The notes below the pieces were generated by a model. The model worked only from the letters and a program-made list of their open reading frames with translations. It was not told the origin of the DNA and ran no database searches. From a virus (Duplodnaviria > Caudoviricetes): 64,000 nucleotides of DNA. Each line of letters opens with the position of its first letter. The stretch's first letter is position 1. Location: positions 10,694-74,693 of the IMG/VR virus record IMGVR_UViG_2775506767_000005; one strand, given 5' to 3'. Of the stretch, positions 32,616 through 42,313 are shown piece after piece. A program made the translations under genes and the position numbers.

Positions 32616-35600
32616 GTGGCTGTTTTTCCTGATCGTATTGTCCAGAAAAACAGCACAGATCCTGCCGGTTCGGTAAGAACTGCTGTCGATCCCGTGATCG
32701 GTTCAGACCCAATCATCGGCGGTGAACTTGTAGTTCAAAGATCTATTGGCAGCGCTCAACTACTCACTCTTGATGCTAATAATACTCCAGTAGTTGTAGG
32801 CGTTTCGGCAAATGTTGGAGCGACCACTCCATCGATCAAGCTGAATTTTGAGGAAGATGGCACCGATACGCCGTATGAATATGTTGTCGGCGGATATCCT
32901 TTCGACCCCAGCGGCAAGTTTGGCAACTGTTATAAACACATTGCCGGCAGCACTTCCCCACGAATCAATCCCCTGAGAATCCAGGCCGAGAATGTGCCTG
33001 TCCTAGGGAGCGAAACTTGGACATTTAACTTCTGGTTTAAAAGCGATTTTACTTTTGACTTTTACAGCCACTTCGACCCCGCCCCAAACAGCCTGCTAGT
33101 TGTTTCGGCGAGAGACTATGTCCATGGACCTGGAGCTTTCACTGTCACGATTGATGGTGGCACAACTGACACGGGCGGGATCGGCACGGACACAAGTCGC
33201 ACGGCGGACCTGGCTAAGGGCGCGATCGTGTTTGGCCTGGGTGGCATGTACGGCGCGACAGAAAGCACCATCCCTCAGATCCCCTCCACAGGCGAGATCG
33301 TCACTTCTGCTGCGACTGGTGTCTGTGACAACAACTGGCACTACATCACCTTCATGCACGAGGGCAGCGGGGTTTACTCCTGTTTCATTGACGGCGAACT
33401 GAAAGAAAGAAACATCCTCGACAGCCCCGTCAATTACGGCGACTCAGGAACTTCAGGGATCTTGATGCCCTCGGGTCTCGAGTTCGGTGGAGCTCTTCAG
33501 ATCAATGACAACGACGTATTTCCTGGATCAGAGTTTTTCGGATTCAACGGCAGGCTTGATGGTGTCACGTTGTATGCCGGCAACGCCATTTTTCGGGGAT
33601 TGCGTCAGTTCACAGTCCCCACCTCTGCTCCAAACGACGACCCAGTACAGCAACCCCTAGACACGCTCAGGACACTCCTCGACACGGGCATCGACGCAAT
33701 CCCAGGTAATGGCGAAACGCTTGTCTATAACGCCACGGAGGGCGCCTGGGAGAACTCACCAGCTCCAGCATTCAGCCTCACTGGCAACAACCTTGGAGAT
33801 ATTGGAGACGTCACCATCGCGGCAGTCGCCTCGCTGACTCAAGGCGAAACGATTACGTGGGATGTCGCGACCTCTAATTGGATCAACAGCCCGATCCTGA
33901 TCGAAAACACCGACGTCGATACGACCCTTACGGGCACGGGATATGTGATCCGCCACGACGGTTTGACCGGCTGGAAATCAGAGCGCCTCGATTACGCCGA
34001 TCTGAGCAATGCCCCTGCAGCTCTGAGCGACCTGACACAAGACCTGGATTTAAGTCTCTACAACGTCGTTGACCTGGCCGATGTTGTTGTTACCTCGATT
34101 CAACAGGGCGACGTCCTCGCATGGAACGACGCTAATAGTCAGTTCGAAAACATTGCTCAGCCACCGGCAAATATCAGCGGAAGCAATCTCGACGAACTTC
34201 TCAATGTCAAAACGTTCGCCGACGTAAGTCAAAGCGTTTTAAACACTTACACCTGGTTGGCATGGAATGCGATCGACGCCAAGTGGGAGCCGAGAACTCT
34301 TGAATACACTGAGGTGTTTGATGCACCTGCAGACCTAAGCGATTTCAACAACGACCTAACTCTAAATAGTTTCACCAATGACGCTGGTTATCTTTCAGCG
34401 GCAAACCTGTCGACGTTCTCTCTCAACTCTTTCGGCGATGTAACTATAACCAGCCCTGTCGAATCTCATGTCCTGGTTTACAGGTCCGGTCAGTGGCGCA
34501 ATGAGGTTGGCCCACCGGCAAACATCACGAGCAACTCAATCGGTGACCTTGCGGACGTCACTAAAACTCAGGCAGCCAATACCTTGCCGGCGGTGGTGAC
34601 CATGGAGGACATGGGCCACCTGGTCTTTGACAGCCCTCTGCTCGCGTCAAATATCACTTATCAGGTGATGTACGACCACGACCGATTAGGTCTTGGCCTT
34701 TCGGCTATTCGTGACTCTGACGACACGGGATCCGAGATCTTCGTTAGCCGTGGTGGTGGTGTTGACCTTCGCTCAGACGTCAACTTCTTCCGCCTACGCG
34801 GCAAGCCTGATGTAACAACCAACAGACCCGAACTCCGTTTCGAGACTGGTGATTCTTTCGCTACCCCTGCGACAGGTCACTACATCTCACTCAAGATGCC
34901 CTCCACGGTCCTTGAAGATCAGACCTATTACTTGCCCCAAGAAGATGGCGACGTCGGCGACGTGCTCGCTACTAACGGAACAGGTGAGCTGTCTTGGATT
35001 GCTCGCGCCTCGAACAATGATCTGGGCCAACTGAGCGACGTCGATCTGAGCACTCAGTTACCAGTCGACGGCAGCGCGTTAATTTACAACTCAGCGGCCT
35101 CGATGTGGGTTCCTGGAGCCAGCGTCACAGACCTGAGCACGTCAGTTTTGAATGACATCTCGGACGTCTCTTATGGAGGCACACCGGGGACAGGTCAGGC
35201 ATTGCTATGGAACGGCAGCGCCTGGGTGCCGAATGACATTGCGGTCTCGCTCGACGACCTGGCTGATGTCACCTTCTCAAACGGGGCGTTCACTGCCACT
35301 GGACTGCAGGCGATTGTCCTCGAGGACACGGCAGGCACTGGGTTCATTGGGTTCACCTCACCCGCGAACTACAACGCGACCGTTCTTTATACGCTCCCCG
35401 TTGACGACGGGGCAACAGGTGAGGTGCTCACCACTAACGGATCAGGGGTCCTCTCCTGGATCGAGCCCGGAGTTGATGAAGCATCCCCTGCGATTGTTTG
35501 GGACGTAACAAACGTTGGGGTCATTGCTTACGGGTTTACCGGCTCAGGCTTTTCGACTACGACAAGCAACCCGGCCCTTTACGTGGTGCGCGGTCAAAAG

Positions 35601-36362
35601 TACACGTTTAATAAGACAATCTCTGGCCATCCGTTCGAATTGGTCGAGGCCGATGGTGTTACCCAGTACACCGCCGGAGCTGTAGAGAGTCAGCCCCTGG
35701 CCCTGGGCGAATTGAACTGGACGGTGCCGATGGATGCACCCTCAACCCTTGGCTACCGATGCACGGCTCACCCGTTGATGAAGGGGATCATCTATGTCTT
35801 AAACGCTGGCGTCGACCTGGCCTCGTCGAACATCGAAGAGCTCGCCAATGTCTCGTCAACCGCCCCAACCGCGGGCCAGGCTCTTGTGTGGAACGGCACG
35901 GAGTGGGTCCCTGGGTCCGTCCTCAGCTCTGGCAGCGCTACCGGATCAGCGATCAGCCAGTCCGTAACTGAGACACAGGTATCCGATGCGAATGGTTTCT
36001 TGACCTTCATCGACCTGGGCACCTCTGGAACGTTGATCGATATACAGGCAGGCGCTGAAGCGTGGGTGACTATCTATTCATCAGTAGCGACAAGGGCCGC
36101 GGACGCCGCAAGAAGCCTCGAGGAAGATCCTGCACAAGGGTCGGGAGTCCTTGCGGAGTTCGTTATCCCCGCATCGACAACAGTGCTGACAACGCCGAGC
36201 ACCAACTACTTCAATTCGGAGGGACTCATCTCCGAGTCGATCTATGCAGTGGTTCGCAACCCCTCGACAGCAGCCGCGCTCAATAACGTCTCAGTGACTG
36301 TCAGGGCGTTCGCGATCAGCGGTTACACCGCAGTCTCTGGAGGCACTTTCGGCAGCGGTTGA
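32616..36362 (+). CDS. Multidomain tail fibre (LamG/ConA-like, fibre repeats, cupredoxin-like, C-terminal repeat domain)
   Basis: WHYITF..YSCFIDG (LamG); L.DL.DV...GQAL.WNG..W repeats; GHPF..CTAHPLM. Confidence 0.75.
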   Translation: MAVFPDRIVQKNSTDPAGSVRTAVDPVIGSDPIIGGELVVQRSIGSAQLLTLDANNTPVVVGVSANVGATTPSIKLNFEEDGTDTPYEYVVGGYPFDPSGKFGNCYKHIAGSTSPRINPLRIQAENVPVLGSETWTFNFWFKSDFTFDFYSHFDPAPNSLLVVSARDYVHGPGAFTVTIDGGTTDTGGIGTDTSRTADLAKGAIVFGLGGMYGATESTIPQIPSTGEIVTSAATGVCDNNWHYITFMHEGSGVYSCFIDGELKERNILDSPVNYGDSGTSGILMPSGLEFGGALQINDNDVFPGSEFFGFNGRLDGVTLYAGNAIFRGLRQFTVPTSAPNDDPVQQPLDTLRTLLDTGIDAIPGNGETLVYNATEGAWENSPAPAFSLTGNNLGDIGDVTIAAVASLTQGETITWDVATSNWINSPILIENTDVDTTLTGTGYVIRHDGLTGWKSERLDYADLSNAPAALSDLTQDLDLSLYNVVDLADVVVTSIQQGDVLAWNDANSQFENIAQPPANISGSNLDELLNVKTFADVSQSVLNTYTWLAWNAIDAKWEPRTLEYTEVFDAPADLSDFNNDLTLNSFTNDAGYLSAANLSTFSLNSFGDVTITSPVESHVLVYRSGQWRNEVGPPANITSNSIGDLADVTKTQAANTLPAVVTMEDMGHLVFDSPLLASNITYQVMYDHDRLGLGLSAIRDSDDTGSEIFVSRGGGVDLRSDVNFFRLRGKPDVTTNRPELRFETGDSFATPATGHYISLKMPSTVLEDQTYYLPQEDGDVGDVLATNGTGELSWIARASNNDLGQLSDVDLSTQLPVDGSALIYNSAASMWVPGASVTDLSTSVLNDISDVSYGGTPGTGQALLWNGSAWVPNDIAVSLDDLADVTFSNGAFTATGLQAIVLEDTAGTGFIGFTSPANYNATVLYTLPVDDGATGEVLTTNGSGVLSWIEPGVDEASPAIVWDVTNVGVIAYGFTGSGFSTTTSNPALYVVRGQKYTFNKTISGHPFELVEADGVTQYTAGAVESQPLALGELNWTVPMDAPSTLGYRCTAHPLMKGIIYVLNAGVDLASSNIEELANVSSTAPTAGQALVWNGTEWVPGSVLSSGSATGSAISQSVTETQVSDANGFLTFIDLGTSGTLIDIQAGAEAWVTIYSSVATRAADAARSLEEDPAQGSGVLAEFVIPASTTVLTTPSTNYFNSEGLISESIYAVVRNPSTAAALNNVSVTVRAFAISGYTAVSGGTFGSG

Positions 36363-36392
36363 CCGGAACCCTAGCCCGAGATTGACGGGCTT

Positions 36393-37556
36393 ATGGCGGA
36401 CTTCATCGCACGGATCAAACCAAAAAAGAGCTCCGTATCAGGTGAAGTCCCCACGGCCTCAGACCTCGAAGTCTCCGAGATTTCAGTTAACACCGCCGAC
36501 GGCAAGCTGTTCGTCAAGCACACCGACGGCAGCATCAAAGAGATCAGTGGATCGAGTGGCGCCAGTGACGGATCAGTCAGAACAAGTGATCCACAAATCA
36601 CCACAGCAGCGCTCGCTCAGTACGCATCAGAAGACGCCACCTTTGGTCAGACCGGCAGGGCTGGGCAGTTCCTGAAAATCGAGGCAAGCTGCGCCTCATG
36701 GGTCGTCTTCTATTCGAGCAGGGCTGCGCGCACTGCTGACGCAGCAAGAGCATCAGACGAGAACCCAGCCCAGGGCGTCGGCGTACTGATGGAGGTTTTC
36801 ACCGATCAGGCTGAGACCGTTCTGATCACGCCGTCTGTTCTCTACTTCAACGACGACGTCAACGAAGGCGCCGAGGTCTACGCAAAAGTCGTCAACCAAG
36901 ACGCGACAACTCAAGCGGTCACCGTCACGGCCACCGTGGTCCCTATCGAAGGACGCTCCCTATACGAAGCAGAGGGGACAGCTCGGATCAAGGGCCTAAG
37001 TGTCGAGTCGGCATCGCTGGCCACGAACGCATCAGAGTTTTTAACGCTTAAGCAGACCGCACGATCTGGCCAGTTCACAAAGATCTCGACCTCAGCAGCG
37101 GCCCGCGTAATTTTTTACAGCACGACAGCAGCGAGAACAGCCGACTCGTCAAGGCAGCAAGGTTCGACTCCCTTGGCTAGCTCCGGCGTGTTGATGGAGG
37201 TGGTCACCGCAGGCGCTGAGACGTTAGAGATCACTCCAGCAATTCTCTATCAAAACTCTGAGCCAGGCGCAGCCGGCGAGCTCTACGTGAGCGTGACGAA
37301 CCTGGAGACAATTGCAACCGCAATCACTGTCACCGTTGACGTCGTACCCATCGAGGGACGCGGTGCATATCTGAGTGAGCTGAATGAACTACTCGATGTC
37401 GACACTACGGGCGTAGCTAATGGTGACGCGATCGTCTACGACGCAGCAGCATCGAAGTGGGTTCCTGATCAGCTCATCAGCCTGAGCAGCTTGAAAACTG
37501 AGGTGGCGGCTGCTTCTGATTTCGCCGACTTTCAGTCGAGGATCGCGGCGCTCTGA
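36393..37556 (+). CDS. Fibre-associated protein with Mtd_N-like start and a duplicated domain
   Basis: RIKPKKSSVSGEVPT...EISVNTADGKLF; two copies of G..LKI..S.A..V.FYS..AAR.AD..R. Confidence 0.7.
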   Translation: MADFIARIKPKKSSVSGEVPTASDLEVSEISVNTADGKLFVKHTDGSIKEISGSSGASDGSVRTSDPQITTAALAQYASEDATFGQTGRAGQFLKIEASCASWVVFYSSRAARTADAARASDENPAQGVGVLMEVFTDQAETVLITPSVLYFNDDVNEGAEVYAKVVNQDATTQAVTVTATVVPIEGRSLYEAEGTARIKGLSVESASLATNASEFLTLKQTARSGQFTKISTSAAARVIFYSTTAARTADSSRQQGSTPLASSGVLMEVVTAGAETLEITPAILYQNSEPGAAGELYVSVTNLETIATAITVTVDVVPIEGRGAYLSELNELLDVDTTGVANGDAIVYDAAASKWVPDQLISLSSLKTEVAAASDFADFQSRIAAL

Positions 37557-37590
37557 TCGGAACCATAGGCCGACAGATCAAGCCGGCTTA

Positions 37591-37959
37591 ATGATCAACT
37601 CCGTCGAGGACCTGAGAAGCGCTGGCGTGTTGCCTACTGGTCCTGTTTCTGCTTGGCCGAAACAGCGCAATGTGGCCGGGCCAGGGATGAGGGGCGCCAA
37701 GGAACACAAGGCCGATCCCAAGATCAAGGCAACGGTGGCAGGCCTGGCGAGAGGTCTGGGTAAGACCGCGCTGCAGGGAATCCTCAACGGCAAGGTCAGC
37801 CGTGAGGTCAGAGAGGAGCGGTATGACATTTGTAAGGCTTGCTCGGCATTTCGCAAGCAAGACAAGCGCTGTAGTGAGTGCGGTTGCTTTATGGAGGCCA
37901 AGACGTTTATTGCTGGCGACCCCGACATGCTCTGTCCCCTCAAAAAATGGAGCCGCTGA
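37591..37959 (+). CDS. Zn-finger-like protein
   Basis: CKAC...CSECGC..K...CPLKKW. Confidence 0.7.
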   Translation: MINSVEDLRSAGVLPTGPVSAWPKQRNVAGPGMRGAKEHKADPKIKATVAGLARGLGKTALQGILNGKVSREVREERYDICKACSAFRKQDKRCSECGCFMEAKTFIAGDPDMLCPLKKWSR

Positions 37960-37962
37960 TCG

Positions 37963-38385
37963 ATGGCTATCAACCCCGCGCCAATGGATCAATGTCTGGT
38001 CAAGGCTCGCTGCCTGACTGGACCTAATGAGGGGCTGGCATACGACCTCAAGCAGCCCTGCCCGACCGGTCAGCAGTTCGTGCCGGAAGTGTGCGACTGC
38101 TTCCCTATAGATACGCCTTGCCCTGCCGGCATTGGCGGGACCTTGACGTCACGCCTCAGCAGTCGGCTAGGGAACGCAACGGTAACGACTTTCTACCCCA
38201 CAATTCAAGGCGGAGTGGCTGGCGGCGGCTCTCGCGTCATCGATGATCAGATACAGGTATTTGATGGGACGGCCTTTGTCGCGGCAGGCGTTACCCCTTA
38301 CAGCGTTGGCGACGAATACGGCGGCCAGATCTTGACCAGTGTCGTTCACTCGTTCGCTTTGGCTAGTACGTGTGATCCGACTTGA
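37963..38385 (+). CDS. Hypothetical protein with Cys-rich N-terminus
   Basis: Coupled to the previous gene. Confidence 0.6.
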   Translation: MAINPAPMDQCLVKARCLTGPNEGLAYDLKQPCPTGQQFVPEVCDCFPIDTPCPAGIGGTLTSRLSSRLGNATVTTFYPTIQGGVAGGGSRVIDDQIQVFDGTAFVAAGVTPYSVGDEYGGQILTSVVHSFALASTCDPT

Positions 38386-38457
38386 TCAGGGTTCGCACTC
38401 TAACTGGCCGGAACCATAGGGGGCAACTTTCTGCCGGGGGTGATCCCCGTCTGCACC

Positions 38458-39198
38458 ATGCCCGAAGAGAATCTCAATCTCGACGTCAACGCTGGCGTTG
38501 AAACCGCCGAAACAGTCGACGCATCCCCCTCCACTGAACAAGACAGCTATTCAAAGGAGGAGGTCTCGAAACTGCTAAAGGCTTTACATACCGAGCGCGA
38601 CGCTCGCAAAGCACAAGAGAAAGCCCTCAAGGAATCAGCCACCAAGCTGCAATCCCTGGAAGGCATCGATAAGGCCACTTACGACAGGCTTCAGGAAGAA
38701 TCTGCACGCCGTGCGGAGGCTGAGGCCACTTTCGAAGCTCGTGAGCTCGATCGCCAAAAGGCCTTCGAGTCGATGCGTCAAGAGGCGGCCGTCCGTGAGC
38801 GCAAGCTCGAAGGGCAGATCAGCCACATGAATCGCCACCGGGCGTTCGAGGGACTCTTCTCCGCTGCAGGCGGTAAGGGCGGAAGATTCCTAGATACAGC
38901 GTTCGACGCTGTCGGCAAAAGCCTACGCCTAGAAGACAACGGCTCATTTACGGTCATCGACCCCAACGGCGACCCCTTGCTCGACGATGAGTCAGGCAAG
39001 CGCATCGACCCAAAAGAGTGGGTTAGCCAGTGGAAAAGCGATGACTTTCTCGGCTTCTGCTTTGAGCCCGAACAGGGCTACGGCACCGGGGCAACCAATC
39101 ACCCCTCACAGCGTCGCGACACAGGGACTATGGGTGATTTCAAAGGTCTAAGCACTAGCGAAATCTTCGCCCGTTCGTTCGGCAACAAGAAGGGCTAA
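38458..39198 (+). CDS. Capsid scaffolding protein
   Basis: Acidic N-terminus, coiled coil, just upstream of the capsid gene (alternative start GTG 38440). Confidence 0.75.
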   Translation: MPEENLNLDVNAGVETAETVDASPSTEQDSYSKEEVSKLLKALHTERDARKAQEKALKESATKLQSLEGIDKATYDRLQEESARRAEAEATFEARELDRQKAFESMRQEAAVRERKLEGQISHMNRHRAFEGLFSAAGGKGGRFLDTAFDAVGKSLRLEDNGSFTVIDPNGDPLLDDESGKRIDPKEWVSQWKSDDFLGFCFEPEQGYGTGATNHPSQRRDTGTMGDFKGLSTSEIFARSFGNKKG

Positions 39199-39414
39199 GC
39201 CCAAAAAACGAGTGAGTTCGGGAGTTGACGTGGGCCACTTGCGCCAACTTCGGCACTCTCTCGGAACCCTAATCACGAGATGGAAGATGCCCTGGTTCTG
39301 ATTCGGTGCGACGCCGATTCGGTGGCCTGGGCAGAACGGACCCCTTGAGGTGTGACGCCTCTGTTCCGAACTTCCCAGATCACCAACTCAATGTCACTCT
39401 GACAACTCAGAACA

Positions 39415-40338
39415 ATGTCTTTAACCCTGCTACAGCAAGGCCAGTTCGCCACAACAGGCGAGCAGCTTGCAATCATCTCCGAGCTCGCCGCTGGCGACCT
39501 CCTTTCAGTTCTTCCCTTCCGTTCAATCGAAGGGAACAGCATCCGCTTCCGGCGCGAAGAGGCTCTGCCTGACGTCGGCTTTCGCCACGTCAACGGAACT
39601 CTCACCGAGAGCTACGGCGAGATCTCGATGCAAAGCGAGGCTCTCCACCTGTATGGCGGCGACCTGCGCGTTGACAAGGCCATCCTGACCCTCGAAGGTC
39701 CTGAGGCCCGTGCATGGAACATCCAGGCCCGCGTGAGAGCAATGCGCCACAACTTCGAGAAAGTCTTTATCAAAGGATCCGAAGCTGCCTCTAACGGCCT
39801 CGAGTTCGATGGACTGCAGGCCCGTATCGCTGCAACCTCCAGCCAGTACATCGCCAATCAGTCCGGCAACTCCGGCGCCCTCAGCTTCGCAGCTTTGGAC
39901 GAGGCCCTCGACGCAGTCGACGCCACTGGCGGCCAAAAATACTTGGTCATGTCGAAGCAGATGCGTCGTGCCCTGACCGCCGGCTCCCGCGATTCTGGCG
40001 TCAACGGTGGCATACATATCAGTACCGACGAGCTTGGGAGACAGCGCACTATGTACGCTGATACCCCGGTGTTGATCGTGGACCGCGACGAGAAGAACGT
40101 TGACATCCTGGGCGCTACTGAAGCAAACAGCACTTCTTCCGTCTACATCGCGTCATTCGGCGACACCGCTCTGACCGGCATCCAGAACGGCGGCATCGAG
40201 GTCCGCGACCTCGGAGAAGCCACCGACCGCCCTCAGATGGTCACAAGAATGGAGTGGTATTGCGGACTAGCTCTGCTTCGTGGAAATGCTGTCGCACGCC
40301 TCGCCAAGGTTGACCCAACTCTGGCCGCTGTCGCCTGA
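39415..40338 (+). CDS. Major capsid protein (HK97 fold)
   Basis: LPFRSIEGNS.RF.RE..LP.VGFR.VN..ES.G, EFDGLQAR, RMEWYCGLAL motifs; 307 aa. Confidence 0.9.
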   Translation: MSLTLLQQGQFATTGEQLAIISELAAGDLLSVLPFRSIEGNSIRFRREEALPDVGFRHVNGTLTESYGEISMQSEALHLYGGDLRVDKAILTLEGPEARAWNIQARVRAMRHNFEKVFIKGSEAASNGLEFDGLQARIAATSSQYIANQSGNSGALSFAALDEALDAVDATGGQKYLVMSKQMRRALTAGSRDSGVNGGIHISTDELGRQRTMYADTPVLIVDRDEKNVDILGATEANSTSSVYIASFGDTALTGIQNGGIEVRDLGEATDRPQMVTRMEWYCGLALLRGNAVARLAKVDPTLAAVA

Positions 40339-40406
40339 TCACCTTCCTGATCCGTCCGGGGTAGACGTCACTACCCCATCCCTACATTCTTTCGCTAACC
40401 AAAAAA

Positions 40407-40730
40407 ATGGCAGCACAATCTACCGGCATGATGAAGCGGCAAGGCTTCCTTGTCGACGAGGCCACAATTCTCGCTAACGGAGTGGCCAAGTCTTTGACCG
40501 GCGGCGCTAAGGCACAAGGCCTGAACATCGGCGCTTATTTCTCCTCCGACGCTGCGGGATCCGTTTCCGTAGCCGATCAGGTCGGCACCGTTCTCGCCAC
40601 GATCGCCGCACCTTCAGGCGGCGGCAAAGTGATCGTTGAGCGTGGACGCTTTGAGGTCTACGACGCAACCTCTGTCGTCCTCGACACGACCAGTTTGAGC
40701 GCAGGTTCTGTGCAAGTTTCCTTGTACTGA
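40407..40730 (+). CDS. Putative head decoration protein
   Basis: Small beta-rich protein cotranscribed after the capsid gene, followed by a terminator. Confidence 0.55.
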   Translation: MAAQSTGMMKRQGFLVDEATILANGVAKSLTGGAKAQGLNIGAYFSSDAAGSVSVADQVGTVLATIAAPSGGGKVIVERGRFEVYDATSVVLDTTSLSAGSVQVSLY

Positions 40731-40748
40731 TCCGAACAACAACAACAA

Positions 40749-40776
40749 AAAGGCGCCTCTTCGGGGGCGCTTTTTT
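40749..40776 (+). terminator. Intrinsic terminator of the capsid operon
   Basis: GCGCCTC-TTCG-GGGGCGC-TTTTTT. Confidence 0.85.
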
Positions 40777-40810
40777 ATTGGGAATACTTCCCTGACTCCG
40801 TAGTTACCCG

Positions 40811-41050
40811 ATGGACTGTCAGAAGTGTAATAAGTGCGGGGCGACTTTTTTCCCAAACGGTGAGGGTGGCTACCACCTCAGGTGGGCAACCGGCAAAGTC
40901 GGGAGAGCTGAGGGCCTGGCCGGGTTGGTTTGCATTCCGTATGGGAACGACGAGTGCATCAACCCAATGCGCCACGTCGCGACGGGCGACACCTGGGCGA
41001 AGAGGCTGGCTGAACTCGAGCGCCTTGAGAAACGAAACGGTTTGAGTTGA
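40811..41050 (+). CDS. Cyanophage-type Cys/Zn hypothetical protein
   Basis: CNKCGA..W.TG..GLAGLVC...CINP; late promoter GGAATACT at 40781. Confidence 0.7.
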   Translation: MDCQKCNKCGATFFPNGEGGYHLRWATGKVGRAEGLAGLVCIPYGNDECINPMRHVATGDTWAKRLAELERLEKRNGLS

Positions 41051-41102
41051 CACTTTGGGGTAGGAACGTTTATAACTGAAACGTGTTCAGGGGGACAGCC
41101 CG

Positions 41103-41405
41103 ATGTTTATGCTCTCGACAGATACAGCCGACACTCGCATCTTGGGCTACACGCTGAACTGTTCGGTGGGTATGGAGGTGTTCAGCACCATGGAGGAGGT
41201 TCTCCTGAGAGTCCACGGCGTCCCTGCTGACCAGCTTTGCTGGGCCTCGCTGGCTGACGCTCTAATCGATCTGACCTGGAGACAGGAGCAGTGGGGGGAG
41301 GGCACCATCAGCCAGACCCTCGGATATTGGGGCGGCGACGGCGTCAAGCGGATCACCATCAACAATCCGATGGGTGTTCGCCTCGAATGGGATGACGTGC
41401 TTTGA
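41103..41405 (+). CDS. Early hypothetical protein
   Basis: Downstream of TTGACA at 41047. Confidence 0.55.
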   Translation: MFMLSTDTADTRILGYTLNCSVGMEVFSTMEEVLLRVHGVPADQLCWASLADALIDLTWRQEQWGEGTISQTLGYWGGDGVKRITINNPMGVRLEWDDVL

Positions 41406-41444
41406 GTTGCACGAGTTGACAAACGGGGCAACATGCCCCATACT
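41403..41444 (+). promoter_or_regulatory. Early sigma70 promoter cassette with spacer palindrome
   Basis: TGAGTTGCACGAG-TTGACA-17-CATACT with GGGGCA-ACA-TGCCCC. Confidence 0.85.
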
Positions 41445-41469
41445 TAAAAAGTCGAGATCAAGCGAACCA

Positions 41470-41655
41470 ATGGCCCAAACCATCACCAACAACAACGAAG
41501 CCCTAACGGAGGCCCTGACCCTAGCCATCAACGCCCCTACAGAGGAATTGAAAAATGAGCTAATTGGGATTGCTGAGGGGATAGCTCAGCAGCTCACGGA
41601 AGACGAAATCGAGGCTTGCAAGGCAGCAGCAAAAGCCAACAAAACCAACTTTTGA
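41470..41655 (+). CDS. Early hypothetical protein
   Basis: ATG about 25 nt after the -10 element. Confidence 0.65.
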   Translation: MAQTITNNNEALTEALTLAINAPTEELKNELIGIAEGIAQQLTEDEIEACKAAAKANKTNF

Positions 41656-41674
41656 TCTGGACGGACACAGACCG

Positions 41675-41863
41675 ATGCTTGACCTCTCCCAGATCGAACA
41701 AAGCTCCACCCGCTTCCGTTACGAGTCCAAGGCCAAAGCCGAGGCATTGCTAGCCATGGCAATCGAGACCGCTCTCGAGTCCGAAAGCTTCGACCTGTTC
41801 GACGACGGCTACGGCTTCCGTGTCCGCATGTTCGAAGATGGCGAGTTCTGCTGTTGCCTGTGA
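41675..41863 (+). CDS. Early hypothetical protein
   Basis: 62 aa, same operon. Confidence 0.55.
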   Translation: MLDLSQIEQSSTRFRYESKAKAEALLAMAIETALESESFDLFDDGYGFRVRMFEDGEFCCCL

Positions 41864-41864
41864 G

Positions 41865-42059
41865 CTAAGGCTCGAAGGTTTCGCCGAACTCGGTAAGGAT
41901 CGACATCTGATCCTCTCGGGGTTTTGGCTCCAGCTCTTTCGGTATATCAACGACAACATCCTCGAAGCGGGTTCGGCAGAAGTAGGGGACATCTCGACCT
42001 GAGCCAGAGGTCTCAAACCACAGTCGCCCCTTGAGTTCGCCCCTACTCAAATTTTTCAC
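41865..42059 (-). CDS. Hypothetical protein
   Basis: Overlaps the stop of the upstream minus-strand gene. Confidence 0.4.
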   Translation of the reverse strand: MKNLSRGELKGRLWFETSGSGRDVPYFCRTRFEDVVVDIPKELEPKPREDQMSILTEFGETFEP

Positions 42060-42279
42060 CTGCCCAGAAGTTCTGCACCTTACTCACTTTTAGCGTGAGT
42101 GAAAAGCTGAAGCCTATGGGCCGAACCCACCAACACAAGCCGTCAGATTCGACGCAGGTGGTGAGAATCGGCTCGGGAATATCCGCCCTCCTGCCCTGCT
42201 CATTCCGCTCTAGGCGGCCCAGGTCTGTGCAAATTATATCGTAACCGGCCAAACACTTGGGCGATATTCTTCGGGTCAT
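42043..42279 (-). CDS. Hypothetical protein (late promoter)
   Basis: GGAACACT at 42307-42300, ATG 28 nt later. Confidence 0.55.
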   Translation of the reverse strand: MTRRISPKCLAGYDIICTDLGRLERNEQGRRADIPEPILTTCVESDGLCWWVRPIGFSFSLTLKVSKVQNFWAGEKFE

Positions 42280-42313
42280 GGCCTGGCCAAGTTCTTCAGA
42301 GTGTTCCGACGGG

